From contig CAIJZI010000006.1 in NCBI GenBank assembly GCA_903825105.1, positions 1,399-65,398 on the forward strand: a stretch of 64,000 nucleotides of DNA, read 5' to 3'. This DNA is from an uncultured bacterium (lineage in GTDB: Bacteria; Patescibacteriota; Minisyncoccia; Phycocordibacterales; Phycocordibacteraceae). Positions 36,399 through 46,368 of this stretch are shown one piece after another. Under the pieces are notes generated by a model. That model worked only from the letters and a program-made list of their open reading frames with translations. It made no database searches and had not been told where the DNA came from. Numbering within the stretch: position 1 is the stretch's first letter; each line of letters starts with the position of its first letter. The position numbers and the translations under genes were made by a program.

Positions 36399-37556
36399 TT
36401 GTGGCATACTTTTCCTATGGAGACCAAAACTCCTATCGAGCCATCCCTTCGTGCTCGTCAGCATTATTCCGATTTGTACGACAAGCACACGGTCGAGCAT
36501 TGCCGCTGGTGGGAGCAACATTCTCCGACGGTCGAGGATCTGAGGAAGGGCTGGACCAAGAAGGATAAGAAATTTGATGAGAAGGAGGCGCTGCGCACAG
36601 CCAATGCCTTTGGTCGTATGCACATGTATTTCATTAAGGGCGACCGTTATATCAAGAAAGACCAGACAATTAGGGAATGGATGGAGAGAGACGAGCAAAG
36701 AGACCGATTCTTTGAGGCCGCTAGTGCTCCCGAGAATATAAACTGTTTGACCTGCGGACGGCTCATGTTTGTGGGTTCAAAACATCTCCATAGCGGAGGA
36801 TTGAAGGAGCCCGATCGCATTCTATTTTTCTACGAGTGTCCGCTAGAGCATTTTCCGCTCAGAGCTTTCTATGACAATGGTGAGGAATTCAGGCGAGAAA
36901 AACCTCTTTGTCCCAAGTGCGGTGCAGCAGTTGTAGAGGAAGACAAAACTGCCGATGAGAAGTTCACCACCATCATCACCTGCTCAAAATGTGGCCACAC
37001 GGAGACGAGCGAGATAGAGCGTACGGTGAATAAGCCAGATCCGAACTTTGATAGAGATCGTGCTCGCTTTTGCCTAACAGAAAAAGAAGGCCAAGAATTT
37101 ATCCAAGGCCAAGAGAACATTAAAGGGCTAGCAAAGCTCATGGATGAAATAGAAGAGAAAAAGAAGCATAAGGATACCTATGACAAGGTGGCAAAATTAA
37201 AGAAGCTGAAAATCATTGAACTCGAAGAGTTGCTCACCCCTGTTCTCGAGAAGGCCGGGTACATCAAACTCCAGCTGAAGAACCCCGAGATCACCAAGGA
37301 CGTGATTGTTCCGTTTGTTGTGTATGAAAAGCGACCGGATAGAGAGGGGCGTGCAAGCACCTACGAGCTTGAGAAGCTTCTCAGGAAGACGCTCCTGGAG
37401 ACAAATTGGCGACTTATGACGGATGGCACAACTTACCGTTTGGGCATGCTAGAGGGGCGTTTTAGAGGCTATGAGAGGGAAGAAGACCTACTTGAGCTGG
37501 TACGGACCAAAGAAAAAAGAGAGGCGAAGCGAAAGAATGGTGAGGCTGGTAATTGA
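36399..37556 (+). CDS. Hypothetical protein with three CxxC zinc-ribbon-like pairs and a Lys/Glu-rich C-terminus
   Basis: 'CLTCGRLMF', 'CPKCGAAV', 'CSKCGHTE'. First gene of the accessory block. Confidence 0.45.
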   Translation: MWHTFPMETKTPIEPSLRARQHYSDLYDKHTVEHCRWWEQHSPTVEDLRKGWTKKDKKFDEKEALRTANAFGRMHMYFIKGDRYIKKDQTIREWMERDEQRDRFFEAASAPENINCLTCGRLMFVGSKHLHSGGLKEPDRILFFYECPLEHFPLRAFYDNGEEFRREKPLCPKCGAAVVEEDKTADEKFTTIITCSKCGHTETSEIERTVNKPDPNFDRDRARFCLTEKEGQEFIQGQENIKGLAKLMDEIEEKKKHKDTYDKVAKLKKLKIIELEELLTPVLEKAGYIKLQLKNPEITKDVIVPFVVYEKRPDREGRASTYELEKLLRKTLLETNWRLMTDGTTYRLGMLEGRFRGYEREEDLLELVRTKEKREAKRKNGEAGN

Positions 37557-37833
37557 GAGATTTCTACGGATTTACGTCCGAAACGAGGCTTTACAGGCAC
37601 TTTTATCCTAATTAATCTGAATCAATCCGAAAAAAGTGAGCATTTAAGCCGTATTCAAAAACCACAGTTTAAGAAAAAGTGCTCAAAAAGGCACTTTTAC
37701 TGCTATTTTCGTGTAAAAAACGTGTATTTTTGTGTCATTTTTTGCTACTTTTAACCACTCAGAGAAGTGACGTTATAAAACACATCATGCACAAAATTGG
37801 TGTCAAATATGGAAAAGTCCTATACTTCTTGTA

Positions 37834-39915
37834 ATGGACACAAACGGCAAGTATCTGAGAACGACTCTCGAAGCGCTTCATTTGGAAGATGCGACAGAAG
37901 TTGCAGAGACCACAAGAAATGCTTCTAACATAGTTGGTGCAATAATTTCTGCTTATGGTGGCACCACTGAGATCGGAATAGATCGTATAGCAGTTCCTCC
38001 CGGTCCTGCAACAGGGTTGGTTTATGGCCGTATACAGAGTGGTAAAACTCGAGCTATGATCGCAAGTACTGCTCTGGCTTTTGATAATGGTTTCCGAATC
38101 TCAATAGTGATGACGAGTAACATTAATGATCTGGTAAGTCAGACACATCTAGATTTTTCAAGTGGATTGCCAGGCGTGATGACTTTTACGAAGGACAATG
38201 ATTTCGACAAAGAAGTTGCAAATACAAAGGTCCAAATGGAAAAAGGTGATGCACGACTGTTGATCGTTTGTTCAAAGGGCGCGGGAAGTCTCCAAAACGT
38301 TTCTGCTTTCCTCAGAACTATAGGAGGCGAAAATTATCCAGCAATAATTTTTGACGACGAAGGAGATCAGGCTTCCTTAGATACTAACACTCATCGTCGT
38401 TCCTCTGGTGCTGCGCTTGCTCCGAGTAGTATAAATCAAATCATTCAGTCGCAACTTCGAATCGCATTAACACGTCATGTGTACGTAAGTGTGACAGGAA
38501 CACCACAAGCTGTCCTTCTTCAAAGCGCTGATGCTAGTCATCGCCCATCATTTATTGTTATGTTGCCTCCAGGTGCTTCCTATATCGGCGGCGACCACTT
38601 CTTTGGGAAAGACGAGCCGGAAGATAATGAAGACCATCTCGTTAGTATTATCGAGCAAAACGAGAAGGAAGAAATTCTCAATGACGCCGCGCCTATTCCT
38701 AACGGACTACGACGCTCAATCCTATTTTTTCTTATAGCTTCTGCAGCAGCTATCAAAAATAAAGGTCCTCAGGAAAAGGGTTATTCCTACCTGTGCCACC
38801 CTAGTCTTAAAAATATTGAACAGGATCGTGCTGAAGCTAGAATAAACACGTTTCTCACTGAGATTACTGAAACATTGCTGGATAATAATGAGAACGCAAT
38901 TCTTCGAGAATTACGAGAAGCTTATGAGGAGTTAAAACGGACGCTTGGAGAAGAGACTCCAAATTTTGATGAACTGAAAGGGATTGTACGTCAACAATTG
39001 GCAACACGACGACTGCTGGTGATTAACGCAAAAATAAAACGCCAGGGTATCGCATACGGGGGAGGACTGAATTTCCTTATAGGAGGTAACACTCTCGGAA
39101 GAGGTATCGCCGTAAAAAATCTTCTCGTAACCTACTACGTACGCGATTCCAAAATGTCTCAGATTGATACTATGCACCAGCACGCTCGTATGTACGGGTA
39201 TCGTTCTGCAACCCTGAAATATACAAAGCTGTATATTCCGCGTCATCTGTACTATAGATTCCGTGACATTCATTTTTCTGATACTGATCTTCGGAACTTT
39301 ATTGATGCTCATAAAGATGACCTCCCGTCGTCTTTCCCAGTCGAGTACACAAATGTCTTAAGAGCAACCCGTCCTAGTGTATTGGATGCTGATAAGACTG
39401 ACACACTACGACCCGGTCTTCAGATCTACCCTAATTATGTGGTCGTTCCTCAGCCTTCGATTAAATACGCGAATGTGCTAACACGTATTCGTTCGCACCT
39501 CGGTTTTACTACTGAGCTAGAGAATGCAATGGCGGAAACTGGTCGGGCAGGAGTCACCATAACAAGAGACGAGGCTATTGAGCTTGTAGAGATGATAAAG
39601 ACGCGATCACAAAATACGTGGCGTGATAAAACTATTGGGGCCGTTATAACAAAAGTCGCCGAGAGAATGGGAGATAGTGTGACTTTGAAGTTTAGAACCG
39701 CAGAGCGTACTGTCCGCGAAGACGGCTTTATGTCGACTGGTACATTGTCTGGTGATGAACTGACACAGGCACGTGGGGCTACCATACCCACACTATGGAT
39801 CATGGCTGTACACACGACACCGGATAGCGCCGCCGGTGCTGGCCAACAGTTTATGTATCCCACTTTTGTGATACCCGAGAGTCTTGGTAGCCTTTTCATT
39901 TTCAACAAAGGGTAG
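37834..39915 (+). CDS. Z1-domain-like P-loop protein (a family often found next to Dcm-type methyltransferases)
   Basis: 'GLVYGRIQSGKTRAMIASTALAFDNGFRISIVMTSNINDL' Walker A-like motif; 'AIIFDDEGDQASLDT' DE(G)D Walker B-like motif. 693 aa. The Z1 assignment is from memory of the Pfam Z1 pattern and needs an HMM check. Confidence 0.5.
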   Translation: MDTNGKYLRTTLEALHLEDATEVAETTRNASNIVGAIISAYGGTTEIGIDRIAVPPGPATGLVYGRIQSGKTRAMIASTALAFDNGFRISIVMTSNINDLVSQTHLDFSSGLPGVMTFTKDNDFDKEVANTKVQMEKGDARLLIVCSKGAGSLQNVSAFLRTIGGENYPAIIFDDEGDQASLDTNTHRRSSGAALAPSSINQIIQSQLRIALTRHVYVSVTGTPQAVLLQSADASHRPSFIVMLPPGASYIGGDHFFGKDEPEDNEDHLVSIIEQNEKEEILNDAAPIPNGLRRSILFFLIASAAAIKNKGPQEKGYSYLCHPSLKNIEQDRAEARINTFLTEITETLLDNNENAILRELREAYEELKRTLGEETPNFDELKGIVRQQLATRRLLVINAKIKRQGIAYGGGLNFLIGGNTLGRGIAVKNLLVTYYVRDSKMSQIDTMHQHARMYGYRSATLKYTKLYIPRHLYYRFRDIHFSDTDLRNFIDAHKDDLPSSFPVEYTNVLRATRPSVLDADKTDTLRPGLQIYPNYVVVPQPSIKYANVLTRIRSHLGFTTELENAMAETGRAGVTITRDEAIELVEMIKTRSQNTWRDKTIGAVITKVAERMGDSVTLKFRTAERTVREDGFMSTGTLSGDELTQARGATIPTLWIMAVHTTPDSAAGAGQQFMYPTFVIPESLGSLFIFNKG

Positions 39916-39961
39916 GATTGTCCCTCTCGAGTTTTCTCCCAATTAGTTCTATAATGGGCAC

Positions 39962-41050
39962 ATGACAGCCAAGAGCTCGCTAAAGAAGAGTGACGTAAAA
40001 ATAGTTGATCTATTTTGTGGAGTTGGCGGTTTAACACACGGCCTCATTCTTGAAGGGTTGGACGTTGTTGCTGGTGTCGACAATGATGAATCCTGTCGCT
40101 TCGCTTTCGAGAAGAATAATTCCTCTGAGTTCATATACAAAGATGTTGCTGAGTTTTCAGCCAAAGAACTTCGGCGTCTTTATGCCGACGCCCCCATTAA
40201 AGTTCTTGTGGGTTGTGCTCCATGTCAACCATTTTCTACAATGAATCGAACAAAGAACACAGCTAAGGATCGAAAGAAGCGGTGGGGTCCTCTCTATCAC
40301 TTCATGGCACTTATTAAAAACACGCATCCCGACGTTATTTCCATGGAGAATGTCCCGGATCTAGCAAATACAAAAAAATATCCCGTGTTTGGTGAATTTC
40401 TAAAGACTCTAAATACGGAAGGCTATAATGTGGAGTACCGTGTTGTTGATGTGTCACGATATGGAGTACCTCAGAAACGAAGAAGGTTAGTACTTCTTGC
40501 TTCATTGCTTGGAGATATATCGTTGATTCCAGAAACTCACGATAAGGATAACGCTGTGACTGTACGCGAAACTATAGGCCATCTGCCTGCAATTAAAGAT
40601 GGTCAAGTCCATAAGGACGATCCTCTTCACTGGGCAAGTAAACTTAGTGAGACCAATAAGAAAAGAATTGTAGCCACTCCAAAGAACGGAGGGAGCGCGA
40701 AGAGCTGGAGCAAGGAGTTGGTCCCAGATTGTTACACACGGGAAAGTGGGAAAGGGTATATGTCGACTGTGTATGGAAGAATGCGATGGGATGATGCTTC
40801 TGCCACAATAACTACACACTGCACAACATTGGGAGCTGGACGATACGGACATCCAAAACAAAATCGTGCAATTTCTTTGCGAGAAGCAGCATTGTTGCAA
40901 AGCTTTCCTGAATACTATGAGTTTGAACGACCAGAGAATATTTCTATGGTTAAAACAGCGCGGCATATAGGGAATGCCGTGCCAGTCTTGCTAGGGCGTA
41001 CCATAGGGAAAAGCATTAGAAAGCATATCGAAGAACATCTTGCGGCTTAA
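39962..41050 (+). CDS. dcm: DNA (cytosine-5)-methyltransferase
   Basis: Motif I 'DLFCGVGGLTHG', motif IV 'GCAPCQPFS', motif VI 'ISMENVPDL', motif VIII 'QKRRRLVLL', motif X 'IGNAVPV'. Confidence 0.85.
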   Translation: MTAKSSLKKSDVKIVDLFCGVGGLTHGLILEGLDVVAGVDNDESCRFAFEKNNSSEFIYKDVAEFSAKELRRLYADAPIKVLVGCAPCQPFSTMNRTKNTAKDRKKRWGPLYHFMALIKNTHPDVISMENVPDLANTKKYPVFGEFLKTLNTEGYNVEYRVVDVSRYGVPQKRRRLVLLASLLGDISLIPETHDKDNAVTVRETIGHLPAIKDGQVHKDDPLHWASKLSETNKKRIVATPKNGGSAKSWSKELVPDCYTRESGKGYMSTVYGRMRWDDASATITTHCTTLGAGRYGHPKQNRAISLREAALLQSFPEYYEFERPENISMVKTARHIGNAVPVLLGRTIGKSIRKHIEEHLAA

Positions 41051-41175
41051 TCGTGGACCTATCACCGACCTCCCTCAGAGATGATGGTGGAGTATACAAC
41101 TTGTGTTCTCGAATGACCTCGATTATTTATACAATCGCGCAAAATGTCATAAACGGCCTTTTCTGCTAGGATTAC

Positions 41176-42168
41176 ATGAACATGGCTTTGTTCAAGATAA
41201 ATGGCTCGGCAGTGAGGAAATTGGCCGCTAAAGACCTCGATTTAGAGAAGCATCTTCAGGCACTCTTTGAAGGAAATCTTGATGAGCTCTTAAACATAAG
41301 TTTCCTGGCCCACGAATATTCCACGAGTTCTGGTGGGCGGATCGACACTCTCGGTATCGATAAAAATGGCTCGCCTTGCATCATCGAATATAAACGAGGA
41401 CAGGACGATAATGTCATAAACCAAGGACTTTCATATTTACTGTGGCTTCTTGACCATAAAGCTGATTTCGAGAAACTTGTCGCAGAGTCGTCACACTTAC
41501 AACTTGAGGAAGTGATAGCGGAACAAGATTTACGTAACGGAGATGCTGTTCCTGTAATGAAGAAACGCGCGCCGTCAATCGACTGGGATTCGCCGCGAGT
41601 GATTTGCATTGCAGAAAGCTATAACAAATTCGATCTTGATACCGTCGATATATTGCCGATTAAGGTGGAGCTTTTCCGCTATCGCATATACGACGACAAT
41701 ATTCTATATCTCGAGCCAGAGAGTCACAAAAAAGTCCGTGTCTCAACGTCTAGCATTGTTCGCAAAGAAAAGACTGTTAAGGATAAGGAGACACAGCTAC
41801 AAAAGAGTTACTCGGTCGATGATCATCTTGTTGGTGTTAATCGAGATACGGTGACGCTTTTTCAGGCACTCCGGGAACAAATTCTATCGCTCGATGAGGA
41901 AATCCGAGAAGAACCCATGAAGTTCTATATCGCCTATAAATTGGCCACGAATTTTCTGGATATCGAGCTCCATAAGAATGATATGAAGCTTTTTCTTAAT
42001 ATAAAGACAGGACAACTAGATGACCCGTATGGTCTAGCTCGTGACATGGAAACGCCGAAGCATATTGGGCACCACGGTAATGGTGACTACGAAATTAAGC
42101 TTGAGAGAGCAGAAGATTTAGATAAAGCATTCGCTTTGGTTAAACAGAGCTATGATTTGAATAAATAG
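41176..42168 (+). CDS. PD-(D/E)xK-fold nuclease-like protein (restriction endonuclease-like/DUF91-like N-terminal domain) with unknown C-terminal domain
   Basis: 'GGRIDTLGIDKNGSPCIIEYKRG' fits a D…(E)xK nuclease core. The stop is 1 nt before the next methyltransferase gene. Confidence 0.5.
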   Translation: MNMALFKINGSAVRKLAAKDLDLEKHLQALFEGNLDELLNISFLAHEYSTSSGGRIDTLGIDKNGSPCIIEYKRGQDDNVINQGLSYLLWLLDHKADFEKLVAESSHLQLEEVIAEQDLRNGDAVPVMKKRAPSIDWDSPRVICIAESYNKFDLDTVDILPIKVELFRYRIYDDNILYLEPESHKKVRVSTSSIVRKEKTVKDKETQLQKSYSVDDHLVGVNRDTVTLFQALREQILSLDEEIREEPMKFYIAYKLATNFLDIELHKNDMKLFLNIKTGQLDDPYGLARDMETPKHIGHHGNGDYEIKLERAEDLDKAFALVKQSYDLNK

Positions 42169-42169
42169 T

Positions 42170-43243
42170 ATGGAAGCCAAAGTTTTAAATACAGGCCTTA
42201 ACAAAGCTGGTCAAGCAAAGAAAGATGAGTTTTATACTCAGCTCGTTGATATTGAAAAGGAACTGAAGCACTACAAAAGTCAGTTCCGTGGCAAAGTGGT
42301 GTATTGCAATTGCGACGATCCATTCGAGAGCAACTTCTTTAAATATTTTGCCGCCAATTTCAACGCACTCGGGTTGAAGAAACTTATCGCCACGAGTTAC
42401 AAGCCGTCTCCCATAGCAAACACGCAGTTGGGTTTATTTGGCGACATCAAAGCGTTAGACACCCCCAAAGGCCGCCCTAAAGTAACCGCTAACAAATTCA
42501 TTATCAATGAAGTTGATGATATAGACGGCGACGGAGCTTTTGACTTGCGTGATATTGCCGAGCAGCTCAAGGCTAATAAAAACAACGAATGGGCTCCATT
42601 AGAAGATGAGGGGGATTTTAGAAGCAAAGAAAGCATAGAACTGCTAAAGCAAGCTGATATTGTTGTAACAAATCCACCGTTCTCCCTTTTTCGTGAGTAT
42701 GTTGCACAGTTAATGGAACACGGTAAGAAGTTTTTGATTCTTGGTAATCAAAATGCCATTATCTACAAAGAGGTTTTTATGTTCATTAAAGAAAACAAGT
42801 TATGGCTTGGTTATGACAACGGCGGTACAAAGTGGTTTCAGGTTCCCAATGACTATGATATTCAAACCGAATCGAGAATTAAAACTGAAAACGGTGTGAA
42901 ATATTTCAGTATGGGTAGCGTTGTTTGGTTTACAAATCTTGATACCACAAAACGTCACGAGGAGCTGACGTTATACAAGAAATACAGCCCAAGAGAATAT
43001 CCAAAGTACGACAATTACGACGCAATTGAAGTCTCGAAATATCTCGACATCCCTATGAATTACGATGATGTGATGGGAGTGCCTATCACTTTTCTTGATA
43101 AATATAATCCAAATCAATTTGAGATCATTGGCTCAAACCGTGGCATCGATCAGGATTCGAAAGGGGTATACGGCAGGGGGTCTTTTTTGAAAGGCAGAGA
43201 AACTTTTAAGCGAATTTTTATCAAAAACAAAAATGTAAAATAA
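42170..43243 (+). CDS. N6-adenine DNA methyltransferase, EcoRI-methylase-like
   Basis: 'KKDEFYTQLVDIEKELKHYKSQFRGKVVYCNCDDPFESNFFKYF' and 'IVVTNPPFSLFREY' (NPPF motif IV). Confidence 0.6.
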   Translation: MEAKVLNTGLNKAGQAKKDEFYTQLVDIEKELKHYKSQFRGKVVYCNCDDPFESNFFKYFAANFNALGLKKLIATSYKPSPIANTQLGLFGDIKALDTPKGRPKVTANKFIINEVDDIDGDGAFDLRDIAEQLKANKNNEWAPLEDEGDFRSKESIELLKQADIVVTNPPFSLFREYVAQLMEHGKKFLILGNQNAIIYKEVFMFIKENKLWLGYDNGGTKWFQVPNDYDIQTESRIKTENGVKYFSMGSVVWFTNLDTTKRHEELTLYKKYSPREYPKYDNYDAIEVSKYLDIPMNYDDVMGVPITFLDKYNPNQFEIIGSNRGIDQDSKGVYGRGSFLKGRETFKRIFIKNKNVK

Positions 43244-43248
43244 TCAAT

Positions 43249-44340
43249 ATGAAAATCGAACCACATCAAATCCCAATACGCGAAGTAGTTGCCGACTATA
43301 GGGACAGCGATGAAGAGGGAGTTGTTGCTTACGGTGGCAAGCTTGATGTACGTCCGAAATATCAGCGGGAATTTGTGTATAAACCTGAACAGCGCAATGC
43401 TGTATTGCACTCCGTCCGGCACCAGTTTCCTCTCAATATTATGTATTGGATAGAAAATAGCGGCGGGAATTACGAAGTGCTTGATGGTCAGCAACGCACT
43501 TTAAGCATTTGTCAGTACGTTAATGGCGACTATTCAATCAATGATCGCTATTTTCATAACCTTACAAAAGAGGAGAAGGATCAGATATTGGACTACGAGC
43601 TCATGATTTACTTTTGTGACGGCACAGACAAAGAACGTATCGAGTGGTTTGATGTCATAAATACAGCAGGTGAAAAGCTCACGCCGCAAGAATTACGTAA
43701 CGCCGTTTATACCGGTCCGTGGCTTTCTGATGCAAAACTCAAATTCAGCAAAAGGAACTGTGTAGCATATTTACTTTCTAACGATGGTGGGCAACTAATC
43801 AGCGGAGATACAATTCGTCAAGAATACCTGGAAACCGCGCTCTCGTGGATAAACAACGGTGAAGTGGCGGACTACATGGCGAAGCATCAGCATGATAAAA
43901 ACGCTAACGACTTGTGGGAGTACTTCCAAAACGTCATCGCGTGGGTGCGCAAGACGTTCCCGAATCATCGCAAAGAAATGGCAAGCGTGAATTGGGGCGA
44001 GTTGTACAACGAGTTCAAAGATGAAAACCTGGATGCCAAGAAACTAGAAGCCGAGGTTGCGAAGCTGATGCAAGATGAGGACGTGACAAAGAAATCAGGG
44101 ATCTATCCATTCTTACTCACAAGGCAAGAAAGGCATCTTTCAATTCGCGCTTTCAATGACAAGATGAAGCGCGAGGCGTACGAGAGGCAGAATGGAATCT
44201 GCGTAAAATGTGAAGAGCGTTTTGTGATAGAAGAAATGGAAGCCGACCACATAAAGCCGTGGCACGAAGGCGGCAAAACCATCGCCGAGAATTGCCAGAT
44301 GCTATGCAAGCAAGATAATCGGACGAAGTCGGGAAAATAA
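43249..44340 (+). CDS. DUF262 (ParB/GmrS-like NTPase) – HNH endonuclease fusion; GmrSD-like type IV restriction candidate
   Basis: '[13 protein letters not shown]' DGQQR motif. C-terminal '[40 protein letters not shown]' HNH motif. Confidence 0.75.
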   Translation: MKIEPHQIPIREVVADYRDSDEEGVVAYGGKLDVRPKYQREFVYKPEQRNAVLHSVRHQFPLNIMYWIENSGGNYEVLDGQQRTLSICQYVNGDYSINDRYFHNLTKEEKDQILDYELMIYFCDGTDKERIEWFDVINTAGEKLTPQELRNAVYTGPWLSDAKLKFSKRNCVAYLLSNDGGQLISGDTIRQEYLETALSWINNGEVADYMAKHQHDKNANDLWEYFQNVIAWVRKTFPNHRKEMASVNWGELYNEFKDENLDAKKLEAEVAKLMQDEDVTKKSGIYPFLLTRQERHLSIRAFNDKMKREAYERQNGICVKCEERFVIEEMEADHIKPWHEGGKTIAENCQMLCKQDNRTKSGK

Positions 44341-44345
44341 TATTT

Positions 44346-45623
44346 ATGAATGAAATCATCTGCCCACATTGTAAAAAAGCTTTCAAAATTGATGAGGCTG
44401 GCTTTGCTGACATATTGAAGCAAGTGCGAGACCGTGAGTTTGATAAGGAGCTACACGACCGCCTTGAGTTATTGGAAAAAGACAAAGAAAACGCTGTAAA
44501 GCTTGCTGAAGCAAACATCAAGAATGTCTTGCAAGCTGAAGTTGCCAAGAAAGACACTGAACTCGCAGAGCTAAAAGCTCAGAAAGATGCTCTTGTTGGT
44601 GAACTTAAGGCAGAGAAGGATACCGAAATTGCTCGCTTGCAAGCGAGGGTTGAGTCTGCTGAGACCGAGAAGAAGCTGGCCGTCACGGAAGCGGTGGTCA
44701 AGGTTGAAAAGGAGCGTGATAGGTTATCAGGCGAATTGAAGAATAAAGATACTGAAAAGCAGTTGATCGAGACCTCGCTTAAGGAGAAATTTACAGCGGA
44801 GCTCAAGACTAAGGACGACATCATCCGGCACAAGGATGAGGAAATCGCGTTGCGCAAGGATATGAAACTACGGCTTTCTACAAAAATGATAGGTGAGACT
44901 CTCGAGCAGCATTGCGAGACGGAGTTCAATAAGCTTCGCGCAACAGCCTTTCAAAATGCGTATTTTGAAAAGGACAACGATTCTAAAACCGGTAGTAAGG
45001 GCGATTATGTATATCGCGAGAGTGACCCGGATGGCAACGAGATCGTCTCTATTATGTTTGAAATGAAGAATGAGGGTGATGAGACCACCACAAAACACAA
45101 AAACGAGGACTTTCTGCGCGAACTCGATAAGGATCGTACAGAGAAAAAATGCGAATATGCTGTCCTCGTGTCGTTACTGGAGGTAGAAAATGAGCTATAC
45201 AATACCGGCATTGTCGACGTTTCCCACAAGTACCCCAAAATGTATGTGGTTCGGCCGCAGTTTTTCATCCCCATAATCACACTTTTGCGCAATGCAGCAA
45301 TGAACTCTCTCAAATATAAGGCAGAGCTTGCTCTCGTACGAAATCAGAATGTTGATATAACCAACTTTGAGGAGAACATGAATAACTTTAAGGAAGGCTT
45401 TTCAAAAAATTACGAGCTTGCCAGCCGTAAATTCAAAACCGCGATTGAGGAAATCGACAAAACCATTGAACATCTACAGAAAACAAAAGATGCGCTCGTG
45501 TCGTCTGAAAATAATCTTCGTCTTGCCAATAACAAAGCAGAAGATCTGACCATTAAGAAATTGACGCGGGGAAACCCCACGATGACAGCTAAGTTTGAAG
45601 AAATTTCTGATACCAATAAGTAG
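44346..45623 (+). CDS. DUF2130-family coiled-coil protein
   Basis: '[36 protein letters not shown]' is the characteristic DUF2130 N-terminus, followed by a long coiled coil. Confidence 0.65.
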   Translation: MNEIICPHCKKAFKIDEAGFADILKQVRDREFDKELHDRLELLEKDKENAVKLAEANIKNVLQAEVAKKDTELAELKAQKDALVGELKAEKDTEIARLQARVESAETEKKLAVTEAVVKVEKERDRLSGELKNKDTEKQLIETSLKEKFTAELKTKDDIIRHKDEEIALRKDMKLRLSTKMIGETLEQHCETEFNKLRATAFQNAYFEKDNDSKTGSKGDYVYRESDPDGNEIVSIMFEMKNEGDETTTKHKNEDFLRELDKDRTEKKCEYAVLVSLLEVENELYNTGIVDVSHKYPKMYVVRPQFFIPIITLLRNAAMNSLKYKAELALVRNQNVDITNFEENMNNFKEGFSKNYELASRKFKTAIEEIDKTIEHLQKTKDALVSSENNLRLANNKAEDLTIKKLTRGNPTMTAKFEEISDTNK

Positions 45624-45718
45624 CAAGCGCGTTCTTGCTTAATCCGGCGTCGGAAATTATTAAAACTTGCGGGACTGGACCTGGGCGATACGTTAGAGAT
45701 TTGACAGGCAAGGTGATT

Positions 45719-46087
45719 CTAATAGGGGATTCCCTTCTCGACGTTTCCAGGCGGGAGCAGATTCTGTACCCGTTCGTTTTGAATTATTGAGGTGTGAGTG
45801 AACCACATCATGAGGGCTAAAAAGAAGACCCACACATATGTGAAGGTGAAGTCTTTATTCATATCTTTCTTGCCTTCGAAGTATGACCTCCAAAAGAAGA
45901 AAAGAATGAAAACGAGAGCGACGAGCTGCAATGGTCGACCAATAGAATCATGCACCACATCCACTACGAGTATGAAATAGCTCAGGGCGATCGTACCAAC
46001 CCATGTGGCGATTAATGCCAGAATCTCTCGCTTGAGCTCCTCCTGAGCCTTTTTAGCCTTGAATTCGTCCAAATTGGTCGTACCCAT
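45719..46087 (-). CDS. Small three-TM membrane protein
   Basis: 122-aa hydrophobic ORF; no motif recognised. Confidence 0.35.
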   Translation of the reverse strand: MGTTNLDEFKAKKAQEELKREILALIATWVGTIALSYFILVVDVVHDSIGRPLQLVALVFILFFFWRSYFEGKKDMNKDFTFTYVWVFFLALMMWFTHTSIIQNERVQNLLPPGNVEKGIPY

Positions 46088-46122
46088 ATGACAAGTATAC
46101 TTGGTAGAAGGATAGTTGTCAT

Positions 46123-46359
46123 TTGCCCATACTCAGAGGTATGGGGAAGCACCCGCCAATCGTGCCTAAATTCGCCAGGAAGCTCAGGAGCGAGCGTGAA
46201 GAACGTGGTTTTAGCCAAGAGTCTTTAGCGACCGCAGCAGGCCTGAGCCGGAACTACATAGGCATGATTGAACGTGGGGAGTCCAATCTTACTCTCGGTA
46301 CAGTCGAGAGGCTGGCACGAGCTCTTCGTATGGAGAGTTGGGAACTTCTCAAATTTTGA
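46123..46359 (+). CDS. XRE-family helix-turn-helix transcriptional regulator
   Basis: 'FSQESLATAAGLSRNYIGMIERGESNLTLGTVERLARAL' is the HTH_XRE consensus. Confidence 0.65.
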   Translation: MPILRGMGKHPPIVPKFARKLRSEREERGFSQESLATAAGLSRNYIGMIERGESNLTLGTVERLARALRMESWELLKF

Positions 46360-46368
46360 TAGTCTATC

